In this document: piece by piece, positions 1 to 8,953 of the stretch
Layout of the letters: the number at the start of each line of letters is the position of its first letter
Numbering within the stretch: the stretch's first letter is position 1
DNA from: Caldisericaceae bacterium
GTDB lineage: Bacteria > Caldisericota > Caldisericia > Caldisericales > Caldisericaceae
DNA length: 64,000 nucleotides
Assembly: GCA_049967855.1 (NCBI GenBank)
Contig: JBMFRX010000005.1
Coordinates: forward strand, 15,344 to 79,343
Direction: 5' to 3'
Translations under genes and position numbers: made by a program
The notes under the pieces: generated by a model
Seen by the model: only the letters and a program-made list of their open reading frames with translations
Told to the model about the DNA's origin: nothing
Database searches by the model: none

Positions 1-222
1 TATCTTGGCTTTGTCGGCCTGAGCAGCAAGAACCAGGCACGATGTTACGGCTTCACCATTCATAATGACGGTACAGGCTCCGCATTCGCCTTTATCGCAT
101 CCTTTCTTGGTACCTGTGAGGTTCAGTTTGTCGCGAAGAACCTGTAAAAGAGTCCAGTTTGATGGAACATCAAGTGAATAATGTTTTTCGTTTATATCCA
201 GGCTAATGGAAACGCTTTTCAA
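1..222 (-). CDS. Molybdenum hydroxylase (xanthine dehydrogenase/CoxS family) 2Fe-2S small subunit, runs off the window
   Basis: Own translation from TTG at 222 after GAGGTGA: MKSVSISLDINEKHYSLDVPSNWTLLQVLRDKLNLTGTKKGCDKGECGACTVIMNGEAVTSCLVLA. Has the GTKxGCxxGxCGACTV...SC 2Fe-2S signature. Not in the ORF track. Confidence 0.9.
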   Translation of the reverse strand, partial: MKSVSISLDINEKHYSLDVPSNWTLLQVLRDKLNLTGTKKGCDKGECGACTVIMNGEAVTSCLVLAAQADKAKI

Positions 223-227
223 TCAAA

Positions 228-1463
228 TCACCTCGTCTCAGAAAAGAAATGAACTTCGTCATTTAATTTCTCTTTCATTCTTATTGCATCAACAGGACAT
301 ACTTGCATGCACATTGCACAACCAGTGCACTTTTCTTCATCTACAGAAGGAGTTCTTGTTTCCGAGTTCCACTCTATTGCCATATGGCCACCATCATGGC
401 AGGCTGCATAGCAGAGACCGCAACCAATGCATTTGTCTGCGTTGATTTCTGAGTGAGTTTCGGGCTTTGGAAGGTCTTCCTGATTTTTAATATTCGGCAG
501 AGCTTTGCCTACAATGTCGCTTGGACTGCTGAAGCCCATTTCGTCAAGATAATGTTCAAAACCACTCTTAAGGTCTCTTATTGTCCTGAATCCATAGTGC
601 ATAGGAAGCGTGCAGAATTGAACATTCTGTGCGCCAACAGCCATAAATTCAACAGCATCTTTCCAGTTAAAAGCCCCGCCATTGCCAGATATTACTATGT
701 CGACATTCTTGGCAATTTCTGCAATCGTTCTTAAGGTTAAGGGCTTTATCGCAGGTCCTGATAGTCCTGAGTAGGAACCTTCGCCAAATAGGGTCGGGTA
801 TGGTTCAAAAGTCTTGATATCGACACCAAGGAGAGATGGCACAGTATTGCTTGCAGTTATCCCGTCGGCCCCACCTCTTTTGACAGCTTTTGCAACTTCG
901 ACTATGTCGGTCACCTGAGGGGTGATTTTGATTAAGACAGGCGTAGTGTCAGCGGCTTCTTTTACCCAGCGTGTGACTTTTTCAGTGGCCTCTATGCTTT
1001 GAGCAAGCATCTTTCCTGCCTCTTCGCCCATACTGCCCTGTGGGCAACTGAAACTGCACTCAATGAGGTCGGCACCTGCTTTTTTGAGTCGCCAGACGAG
1101 ATTTTGCCAATCCTCTTTGCTTGCTCCCATTATTGAAGCTGCAATCATCCTGTCGGGGAATTCTTTCTTCAGGTACTTAATTCGCTCTTCTATATCGTTT
1201 ATGTGATACTGAGAGATAAGGTCAATGTTTCCCAGGCCAACGACTTTCTTGCTCATTGGACCAAAAGATGACATCATTGGATTTTTCAAGTTCACTGGGT
1301 TGTTTTCAACGGAAGTTGTCTTAAGGATCACACCAGCCCAACCTGCTCTTAAACCATTTTCCGCTATTTCAAGTTCGTCAGTTGGAGGTGCAGCCGAAAG
1401 AATAAAAGGGCTTTCGAGGTGCAATCCCAGGAAATTTATGGATAGATCTCTTCTCTTATACAT
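228..1463 (-). CDS. preA: NAD-dependent dihydropyrimidine dehydrogenase subunit PreA
   Basis: DHOD-like FMN barrel (SAAPPT, LKT, NIDLIS, SCPQG, IKITP, GLSGPAIKP) plus two C-terminal 4Fe-4S motifs. Start moved to MYKRR (ATG 1463, GGAGGAG RBS). Confidence 0.88.
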   Translation of the reverse strand: MYKRRDLSINFLGLHLESPFILSAAPPTDELEIAENGLRAGWAGVILKTTSVENNPVNLKNPMMSSFGPMSKKVVGLGNIDLISQYHINDIEERIKYLKKEFPDRMIAASIMGASKEDWQNLVWRLKKAGADLIECSFSCPQGSMGEEAGKMLAQSIEATEKVTRWVKEAADTTPVLIKITPQVTDIVEVAKAVKRGGADGITASNTVPSLLGVDIKTFEPYPTLFGEGSYSGLSGPAIKPLTLRTIAEIAKNVDIVISGNGGAFNWKDAVEFMAVGAQNVQFCTLPMHYGFRTIRDLKSGFEHYLDEMGFSSPSDIVGKALPNIKNQEDLPKPETHSEINADKCIGCGLCYAACHDGGHMAIEWNSETRTPSVDEEKCTGCAMCMQVCPVDAIRMKEKLNDEVHFFSETR

Positions 1464-2724
1464 TTTCTCCTCCTGAAAGATATTGCAAAATATTCTGTGC
1501 TGCTTCTTTGCCGTCGTGGACAGATTCAACGATTGTGCTTGCCCCTCTCACTATGTCGCCGCCAGCAAATACGCCTTTGACAGATGTCATATAGTTCTCA
1601 TCAACTTTGATAAGGTGATTTTCGGTTTTTTCAAGCTCAGGGAAATAGTTAGATGCTTTCTGTCCTATGGCTATTATGACTGCATCGAGCGGGATAACAA
1701 AATCCGAATCTGGCACTTCCTCAAAGGTGCTTCTTCCAGATGCATCAGGAGCGCCAAGCCGTGCCCTCCTTACAAGAATCCCTTGCACTTTGTCAGAGCC
1801 TCTAACTTCAAGCGGTATGGCAAGGAATTGGAAGGTAACTCCCACGTTGGTTGCCTCGTCTATTTCGTCCTTGAATGCTTTTAGTTCTTTTAATCCTCTG
1901 CGGTATATAACTTCAACATCTCTATCTCGGTTTTCAAGTTTAAGGACTGTGGCAATTTCAATTGCAACATTACCTCCGCCTATTACGCCCACTCTTTTCC
2001 CGAGCCCTGTTTTGAGGCCAGACTTGGCAATTTTGAGAAGTTCCCTTGCGTAGTATACGCCTCTCAGGTTTGAATTGATGTTTGGCAAATCAAGTTCGCC
2101 AGTGAGTCCAGTGGAAATAAAAACAGCGTCAAACCCCTTTTCAATCTCGGAAAGACTTGTAATTTTCTTGTCTTTCACTTCACTTACGAAGTTCCTTAGA
2201 ATAAATTTAGTTTCCTTCTCTGTGATTGCAGTGTCAAGTCGAGCCGCTGAAATCTCATGCACTGGAATTCCGCCAAGGTTTTTCTTCTCAAATATGACGG
2301 TTGAAACACCCTCTTCTCCAAGTTCTCTTGCACAAGCCAATCCCGCAGGGCCTCCGCCAATGATTGCAACTTTTTTTGCTCCCATCTCAGGCTTTGCAAA
2401 ATTCTTGTAGACATCTGTTGAATCTGTGACAAACCTGTGGAGTTCACGAATTCTAATTGGTGAGTCGATTTTTGCGCGTGTGCAGGCAGACTGGCAAAAA
2501 CTTTCTTCGGGACAGACACGCCCGCATGTTTCAATTAATGGATTAGCTTCAACCAAAATCTCATGTGCGCCATTGAGGTTTCCTGTACGGATTGATTGAA
2601 TAAACTCAGGGACTGGCACATGAGCTGGGCAAGCTTTCTCACAAGGGGCATCATAGCAGTAAAGACATCTCTCTGCCTCTATGAGGGCTTCTTCTTTTGA
2701 AAGGCTTCTCTTCTGTTCTTCCAT
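1456..2724 (-). CDS. preT: Dihydropyrimidine dehydrogenase subunit PreT (GltD-like FAD/Fe-S oxidoreductase)
   Basis: EAERCLYCYDAPCEKACP, CGRVCP, GGGPAG, GGGNVA, FAGGD motifs; overlaps preA. Confidence 0.88.
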   Translation of the reverse strand: MEEQKRSLSKEEALIEAERCLYCYDAPCEKACPAHVPVPEFIQSIRTGNLNGAHEILVEANPLIETCGRVCPEESFCQSACTRAKIDSPIRIRELHRFVTDSTDVYKNFAKPEMGAKKVAIIGGGPAGLACARELGEEGVSTVIFEKKNLGGIPVHEISAARLDTAITEKETKFILRNFVSEVKDKKITSLSEIEKGFDAVFISTGLTGELDLPNINSNLRGVYYARELLKIAKSGLKTGLGKRVGVIGGGNVAIEIATVLKLENRDRDVEVIYRRGLKELKAFKDEIDEATNVGVTFQFLAIPLEVRGSDKVQGILVRRARLGAPDASGRSTFEEVPDSDFVIPLDAVIIAIGQKASNYFPELEKTENHLIKVDENYMTSVKGVFAGGDIVRGASTIVESVHDGKEAAQNILQYLSGGENV

Positions 2725-2754
2725 TATTCCTCCTTGAATGCAATTGTGGATATT

Positions 2755-2783
2755 ATTATATATTATTGTCTATAAACTGTCAA
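2755..2783 (-). promoter_or_regulatory. sigma70-type promoter for preT-preA
   Basis: TTGACA-17 bp-TATAAT on the minus strand, upstream of an AAGGAGG RBS. Confidence 0.65.
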
Positions 2784-3480
2784 CATCATCCGACGATTCT
2801 TCAACTGCTGAAGATTCAAGAGCTCCAACAACCACAATCACCTCGCCTTTGAGAGTTCGATTGGCTAGTTCTGCAAGGACGGTGCTTGTTTTTCCTCTGA
2901 TGACCTCTTCGTAGATTTTGGTAAGCTCTCTTGCAATTGCAACAGGCCTGTCACCAAGTTCTGTTAAGATATCCTCCAAAATACTTTTCACTCGATACGG
3001 TGATTCAAAGAAAATGATTGGTCCGTAAAACCATTTTAGGTCGCTTATGATTTTGCGCCGTTTGCCAGTTTTTCGCGGGAGAAAGCCGTAGAAAAGGAAC
3101 TTATCTGTGGGAAAACCTGAAAGGAGAAGTGCAGGGACAAATGAAGTTGGTCCAGGAAGTGCCTCCACCTTAATACCATTGGCTATACACTCTCTTATTA
3201 AAAGATATCCTGGGTCAGAAATGCCAGGAGTGCCTGCATCAGTCACGAGTGCCATATTTTTGCCACTCAAAAGCTCTTGGACAATTCTTTTGAGTTTTGC
3301 TTCTTTTGTATATGAATGAAAGCTTATTACGGGAGTAGAAATTTCGTATTTGTTTAACAAATTCCTGGTTACTCGAGTATCCTCTGCAAGAATTGAATCG
3401 CAGGATTTCAGGATATCGAGTACTCTGAGCGTTATGTCTCTAAGATTGCCAATTGGAGTAGGGCATATATAAAGGCTCAT
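2770..3480 (-). CDS. rsmI: 16S rRNA (cytidine-1402-2'-O)-methyltransferase
   Basis: LYICPTPIGNLRDITLR, AEDTR, DAGTPGISDPG, FFESPYR, ARELTKIYEE. Confidence 0.95.
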   Translation of the reverse strand: MSLYICPTPIGNLRDITLRVLDILKSCDSILAEDTRVTRNLLNKYEISTPVISFHSYTKEAKLKRIVQELLSGKNMALVTDAGTPGISDPGYLLIRECIANGIKVEALPGPTSFVPALLLSGFPTDKFLFYGFLPRKTGKRRKIISDLKWFYGPIIFFESPYRVKSILEDILTELGDRPVAIARELTKIYEEVIRGKTSTVLAELANRTLKGEVIVVVGALESSAVEESSDDVDSL

Positions 3481-3485
3481 TTATT

Positions 3486-5438
3486 TTAGCCAGAAATTTC
3501 GAAAACCTCAATTTCATCTCCAACTTTTATATCATTAAAGTTCTTAAGGCCAATTCCGCATTCATATCCTTTGGCAACTTCTTTTGCATCCTCTTTAAAA
3601 CGCTTTAGAGAAGAAATCTCAGTGGAATAAATAACTGCGTTGTTACGCAGAACCTTGGCTTTGGAATCTCTGATGACTTTTCCTTCTTCAACATAACAGC
3701 CAGCAATGGTGCCGACACCACTTACTTTGAAAACCTGCCTTACAAGTGCTTTGCCAAGGAAAACTTCTTTCTTCTCGACGGTTTGCATTCCTTTGAGTAC
3801 TCTTTCGAGTTCGTCTGTCAGTTCAAAGATGATGTCATAAGTTTTTATATCAATTCCACGTGAATTTGCCTCAAGCTTGGCCTCACTAGTCGCCCTTACG
3901 TTGAAGCCAAGGATAAAAGCCTTTGAAGCACTTGCGAGCAATACATCTCCCTTGACTATCCCGCCGATGCCTTCGTGTATTACTTCAAGCGGCACAGGCG
4001 ATTTGATTTCATGCACTGCCCTCTTGACTGCTTCCATCGTGCCCTGAGTGTCAGACCTCAAAACGACAAATAGCTTCTTTTCTTCCCTTTGAGACATTTC
4101 CTTTAGCAGTTCTTCAAGCGAGAGGTTGGGAACTGCAGCTGCAGAAAGATGAGAGCTTGATTCTGCTTCAAGTCTTTTTTCTTCTTCTTTGTACTCCGTT
4201 AAATCATTCAATTGATAGAAAATTTCTCCTGCTTCAGGGATAGTGGAAAGGCCTCCAACTTCAATTGCGCTTACAGCTTCAGCTTTATCAATTTTCTTGC
4301 CAAAGGTGTCATTTATGAATCTTATTTTTCCAAGAGTACTGCTCACACGTATGTAATCGCCAACTTTTAGCGTTCCTGTCTGAACAATTAATGTTGCAAG
4401 AGGGCCGCTGTTTTTATCTACTCTTGATTCAATTACAGTGCCTGAAGCAATTGTTTTTGGGTCTGTTTTTAGTTCGAGAAGCTCTGCCTGAAGAAGTATC
4501 ATCTCCAAAAGCTCGTTTACGCCTGTTCCTTTTTTGGCTGAAACAGATACATAAATTGTTTGTCCGCCCCAATCTTCTGGCAATAAACCTCTATCGGCAA
4601 GTTGCTGCTTAACCATTTCAGGATCGGCTCCTGGTTTGTCAATTTTGTTGATGGCTACGATGATAGGAACTTTTGCAGCTCTTGCATGATTGAGCGATTC
4701 GATTGTTTGCTCTTTAATTCCTTCATCTGCGGCAACGACAAGGATTACAATATCTGTAACAACCGAACCTCTCAGTCGCATCTCAGTAAAAGCCTCGTGT
4801 CCTGGAGTATCTATGAATATAAGTTTTTCGTTGTTGAAGTAGACAGTTGAAGCACCAATTGCCTGGGTAATCTGTCCCTTTTCCTTATCGGCAACAGAGG
4901 TTTTTCTTATTGTATCAAGCAGAGTTGTCTTACCGTGGTCAACGTGTCCCATTACCGTTACAACAGGTCCTCTTTTCACAAATCGAGAAGAAAACTTTTC
5001 GTTCTTGAATTGAGGAACATCTGCGCCAAACTCATAAAGAAGGTAGTGAACTTCATCTTTTGAGAGTTTGAGAGACGGCTTGAACGGAAGCCCAAGCTTC
5101 ATTATTCTTGCTCTCACTTCCTCAAATGGAATTGAATATTTCTTTGCAAAGTCGCCTATGGTTATGTTTTGAGCGATTTTTGAAGACCGTTTCTCTTCCT
5201 CTTCTTTCTTTGTTCTGAGGTCTTTTACATACTCGGTTACAAGTTCTATTGTATCGTTATCCACAACGGAAAGGTTGCCTTTGCCTTTCATTCCGAGATC
5301 TTCCATAATTTCAATCAGCTTCAATGATTTTATTCCGAGTTCTTTTGCAAGTTCATAAACTCGTATCTTTGTTTCAACTGTTTTCTTTCCAGTATTACTT
5401 TCCTTCTTCAATGTGCTCACCTTCCTCACTTGCTTCAA
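3486..5438 (-). CDS. infB: Translation initiation factor IF-2
   Basis: [11 protein letters not shown]-domain, [22 protein letters not shown]-terminal ECGI. True start may be slightly downstream. Confidence 0.97.
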   Translation of the reverse strand: MKQVRKVSTLKKESNTGKKTVETKIRVYELAKELGIKSLKLIEIMEDLGMKGKGNLSVVDNDTIELVTEYVKDLRTKKEEEEKRSSKIAQNITIGDFAKKYSIPFEEVRARIMKLGLPFKPSLKLSKDEVHYLLYEFGADVPQFKNEKFSSRFVKRGPVVTVMGHVDHGKTTLLDTIRKTSVADKEKGQITQAIGASTVYFNNEKLIFIDTPGHEAFTEMRLRGSVVTDIVILVVAADEGIKEQTIESLNHARAAKVPIIVAINKIDKPGADPEMVKQQLADRGLLPEDWGGQTIYVSVSAKKGTGVNELLEMILLQAELLELKTDPKTIASGTVIESRVDKNSGPLATLIVQTGTLKVGDYIRVSSTLGKIRFINDTFGKKIDKAEAVSAIEVGGLSTIPEAGEIFYQLNDLTEYKEEEKRLEAESSSHLSAAAVPNLSLEELLKEMSQREEKKLFVVLRSDTQGTMEAVKRAVHEIKSPVPLEVIHEGIGGIVKGDVLLASASKAFILGFNVRATSEAKLEANSRGIDIKTYDIIFELTDELERVLKGMQTVEKKEVFLGKALVRQVFKVSGVGTIAGCYVEEGKVIRDSKAKVLRNNAVIYSTEISSLKRFKEDAKEVAKGYECGIGLKNFNDIKVGDEIEVFEISG

Positions 5439-6450
5439 ATAGATGGATAAAGTAGCCTGTCAATTTTGAGGCAAGCATCACGTTGATTCCATCGATTCCA
5501 AGGGCGATAGGATATTCACTCTTGGCAACAAAAACGTTTGCCCCTTTACCATCTGCCAACAACTCAACTCGCTTCACCTTTCCAGGACTCATTGCATTTT
5601 CAATGTACAGAGCAGGATTGCTATTCCATCGTATAATGTCTATTCTCTCATAATTTATTTCTCGCGACACGCTGTTTATCCTTACGCCTTTCTGTCCGAT
5701 GCAGGCACCAACAGGGTCAATGTGAATGTCTTTTGCAGCTACGGCAATTTTCGCCCTAATTCCAGGTTCTCTAACGATTCCCTTAACATCAACCAATTTG
5801 TCTTCAACTTCAGGAATCTCAAGCTCAAGAAGCTTTTCTAAGAATTCCGAGGATGCTCGAGACAGAACAACAATTGGCCCACCATCTGACATCTTCACTT
5901 CTTTTATGTATGCCTTTATTATTTTTTCTCTAAAAATTCTCTCATTGGGAATTTGCTCTTCAGGAGGAATTATTCCCTCAATGTTATAGGGTTCAATGTT
6001 AACTCCAATATTGCCTCTGCCCTTTATCCTGGTGACTCTGCCGTTAACAATATCTCCAACTTTACCTGTGAACACGTTGTAAGTTATTTCGCGCTTTTTG
6101 TCAAGAATTTTTTGTTGAAATACTTGCTTTGCAGTCATTATTGCGGCTGAGGATAGAGATTTGAGAGGAATCTCAATCAGAATAGTTGCGCCGATTTCTG
6201 GTGACTCCGAGAAGTTCAAAGCTTCTTTCAAGCTTATTTCAAGGTTTGGGTTTGTAACTTTGTCCACGATAGTTTTCTCGGCGTAAAGTCTCACGTCTCC
6301 CTTGGCAAGATTAACTTTGACAACAGCATTTGTTTCGTTGAACGTTTTCTCGTAGGCCGCTTTTAAGGTTGCATCTACGGCTTCAATTAGGTACTCTTTG
6401 GAGATACCTTCTTCTTTCTCTATGCTTTTTAATACATCTATGTCAATCAT
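5395..6450 (-). CDS. nusA: Transcription termination/antitermination factor NusA
   Basis: N-domain, S1 domain, LEIPEV, REPGIRAKIAV, DPVGACIGQKG KH motifs; lies between rimP and infB. Confidence 0.95.
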   Translation of the reverse strand: MIDIDVLKSIEKEEGISKEYLIEAVDATLKAAYEKTFNETNAVVKVNLAKGDVRLYAEKTIVDKVTNPNLEISLKEALNFSESPEIGATILIEIPLKSLSSAAIMTAKQVFQQKILDKKREITYNVFTGKVGDIVNGRVTRIKGRGNIGVNIEPYNIEGIIPPEEQIPNERIFREKIIKAYIKEVKMSDGGPIVVLSRASSEFLEKLLELEIPEVEDKLVDVKGIVREPGIRAKIAVAAKDIHIDPVGACIGQKGVRINSVSREINYERIDIIRWNSNPALYIENAMSPGKVKRVELLADGKGANVFVAKSEYPIALGIDGINVMLASKLTGYFIHLFEASEEGEHIEEGK

Positions 6451-6902
6451 TTTTTGCCACCTTTTCTTTCGCTGAATTCTTTAACATAAAGAGAAACCTT
6501 GTTTATATCATTGAAAGGAATCTCTTTAACCCCCGAATCTGTCTCAAACTTAACGCTTTCACCAAAGTTACCCAGCAGTTTTCCTATTTCGGTTGTAGTT
6601 TTACCATCATTTGAATAAACTATCTTCGCATCTTTGCCAGCAAAAATGTCAATTTCTTCACGGCTCTTCAAAACTCTGTCAAGTCCAGCTGACAGGAACA
6701 CGAGTTCATACTGTCCAGCAAAACCAAGTTTCTCAAGGTCTCTTGAAACATTATGAGTCAGAGTCTCCAAATCGCCAATAGAAATATTGCTGCCTGCTTT
6801 CGCAAGAACAGCTTCAATTTTCTCGCCCTGCACGCTGAACTCCAACAGAAGGAGTCCAAGCCTTTCGGCGTTTTCTTTAACAGCTTGTTTTATCTTATCC
6901 AT
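6447..6902 (-). CDS. rimP: Ribosome maturation factor RimP
   Basis: YELVFLSAGLDRVL resembles the RimP YxLEVSSPGxxRxL motif; first gene before nusA. Start reassigned to ATG 6902 (GGAG RBS). Confidence 0.85.
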   Translation of the reverse strand: MDKIKQAVKENAERLGLLLLEFSVQGEKIEAVLAKAGSNISIGDLETLTHNVSRDLEKLGFAGQYELVFLSAGLDRVLKSREEIDIFAGKDAKIVYSNDGKTTTEIGKLLGNFGESVKFETDSGVKEIPFNDINKVSLYVKEFSERKGGKK

Positions 6903-6910
6903 ATCTCCAT

Positions 6911-6944
6911 CAAAACAAAATGTGGGTTTTCCTACCCACATTTT
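6911..6944 (-). promoter_or_regulatory. rimP-leader-type attenuator (terminator hairpin in the 5' UTR)
   Basis: Minus strand AAAATGTGGGT-AGGAAA-ACCCACATTTT followed by GTTTT, between the promoter and the rimP RBS. Confidence 0.7.
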
Positions 6945-6964
6945 CACATAAAATCACCTGATAT

Positions 6965-6992
6965 ATTGTAAAGGAAAATTCATTTTTTGCAA
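6965..6992 (-). promoter_or_regulatory. sigma70-type promoter of the rimP-nusA-infB operon
   Basis: TTGCAA-16 bp-TACAAT. Confidence 0.6.
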
Positions 6993-7050
6993 ACTTTTTT
7001 TGTAAGAAACATGACTACTGGAAAGAAATTAGTTTTTTAAATAATTGCCT

Positions 7051-7079
7051 GGAACTTTTCTAAGTTTCTGTGAGTCTAA
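7051..7079 (+). promoter_or_regulatory. ECF (RpoE/AlgU-like) sigma promoter
   Basis: GGAACTT-16 bp-GTCTAA just before the AAGGAGG RBS of 7098; same motif and spacing as four sites at 61.4-63.8 kb. Confidence 0.7.
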
Positions 7080-7097
7080 ATAGCAAGGAGGAAGAAG

Positions 7098-8027
7098 ATG
7101 AACATAAAACTCAGTAAAAGCAAAATAATTGTCGTCATCATTATTATGATGGTTTTGGGCACTGCAGGGACGTATCTTGTGTTGTTCAGTAAAGGCGCTG
7201 CTCAGAAACTAACGCCAGGTTTTGTTGATAAGAGCTTTGTAAGCAGTTCTCCTGGAGTATATACTGCCGCAAGTGGGGTTTCGACAGAGACAAGCCCACG
7301 ATTAGGCGATTCAAGTGCGACTTAAATGGCTGGTCAGCCAGCAATCTCTGATTTGTCTTCGCAATTCGGCTTGAAAATAATCAAAAATGGAAACCTTGAC
7401 TTGCTTGTTGAAAAGGGTAAATTTACAGAGGTTTTTAATAAAATTGCATCTGTCACCAATTCCTTCTCTGGCAACGTGACAAATTCAAACTACACAAAAG
7501 ACAACGAAAATTACTATGGCACCGTAACGGTAATCATCCCCACAAAGGATTTTGACCAATTTGTTCAGAGTATTTCTGCGCTCGGCGAAGTCCTAACATT
7601 CAACGTAAATTCTGCTGATGTCACAGGGGAGTATGTTGACCTCAACTCAAAGCTCAAGGTCCTGAACGAACAAAATGATTTGTTGCTTTCGTGGTTGAAA
7701 GATGCAAAGAGTCTCCAGGATATGATCACTCTGAGGAATGAAATTCAGAACGTTCAAACTGAAATTGAAACAACAAAAGGAAGGCTGAACTACATTTCTT
7801 TTCACACTGACTTTTCTTCTATTTCAGTAAACCTAAGTGAGGTTAACAAAACTCCTTTGCAGCCATCAGAATGGACTTTCATTGTTGATGCCCTCAGAAA
7901 CTCTCTTTATTATCTTGTAAAATCCTTTTTTGCTCTCTTGGTTTTCATACTGGTAACCTTTCCCTGGGGACTGCTTGCCTTTGGCGTTTACAAACTTATA
8001 AGCAAGGGAAGAAAGACACCTTCTTAG
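7098..8027 (+). pseudogene. DUF4349-like membrane protein interrupted by an in-frame TAA (7323-7325)
   Basis: ORFs 7098-7325 and 7326-8027 share a frame and are separated only by TAA. N-part has the RBS and a TM/signal helix; C-part has KIIKNGNL...DVTGEYVDL...coiled coil...C-terminal TM typical of DUF4349. Confidence 0.65.
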
Positions 8028-8201
8028 GATATTTGTTGTACTGTTGGAAGTGGTCCAAACAAAATCAAGCTTGGCACTTTAGGATAGTTTTCGAAAGTAT
8101 GTTCTAAAAAGACAAAATGGCTGGATGCGTTTTTAAACGAAGTTCTGAGCTTGGGTTTAAGGCAGGTCAAGCACCAGGTTGTAAATTTCACGTACAAGCT
8201 A

Positions 8202-8229
8202 TTGACTTTTGGTGTATTTTTGCTAAAAT
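8202..8229 (+). promoter_or_regulatory. sigma70-type promoter of the regulator-acn-icd-aclBA operon
   Basis: TTGACT-16 bp-TAAAAT with TGn extension. Confidence 0.65.
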
Positions 8230-8273
8230 CAAGATGCAATAAAAAATTTTAAACGATATTCAAAAATTTTGAA

Positions 8274-8951
8274 ATGTTTAAAAAAAATGATGCACGCACA
8301 ATAGAATCACTGAAAAATGTTGTTAAGGGCCTGGCCGCGTTTCTAGGAGACGATGCGGAAGTAGTATTACATTCACTTGAAGATATGAACCATTCGATTG
8401 TGGCAATAGAAAACGGGCATATAACAGGAAGAGTCGTTGGGTCTTCACTTACTGACGCAGGCAGGAAAATCATAAAGGATGTGAACATCAACGATAAGCC
8501 CTTTATCGGTCCTTACAGAAGTATTTCACCAACAGGCAAAATCTTAAGGTCTGTCACCATTCCTATCAAGAACCCAGAGAAAGAGGTGATAGGTTTCATA
8601 TGTATCAATATGGACATAGCCAAATTCCTGCAGCTTGAGAAACTTGTGAGCGACTTTACAGAGTTTTCGAGAGAGAAGATATCAAATGGAGATCTTGAGA
8701 AGACAGGCGACAACATAGAACTTGAAGACCTTCGCAGGAAAATATTTGAAGAAGTTTTAGTGAAGAGCGGAGCCAAAGGTGAAATCCCTTTGAAAGAACG
8801 CAACAAATTCATCATAGAAGAACTCTACAGGAGAGACTTTTTTAGAGTAAAAGATTCGATTGATTTTGTAGCTCAAAAGCTTGGCGTGTCAATTTTCACT
8901 GTCTATAACTATTTAAGGGAATTGAAATTCGAAAAAAACGAAAGGAGGTAG
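8274..8951 (+). CDS. YheO/DauR-like PAS + HTH transcriptional regulator
   Basis: EVVLHSL...SIVAIENGHITGRVVG...LTD, LRSVT, IGFICINMD; C-terminal VAQKLGVSIFTVYNYL HTH. Confidence 0.88.
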   Translation: MFKKNDARTIESLKNVVKGLAAFLGDDAEVVLHSLEDMNHSIVAIENGHITGRVVGSSLTDAGRKIIKDVNINDKPFIGPYRSISPTGKILRSVTIPIKNPEKEVIGFICINMDIAKFLQLEKLVSDFTEFSREKISNGDLEKTGDNIELEDLRRKIFEEVLVKSGAKGEIPLKERNKFIIEELYRRDFFRVKDSIDFVAQKLGVSIFTVYNYLRELKFEKNERR

Positions 8952-8953
8952 TT

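Noticed and set aside
8024..8239. 71-aa minus-strand ORF in the intergenic gap
   Set aside because: No recognisable motif or SD, and it overlaps the operon promoter.
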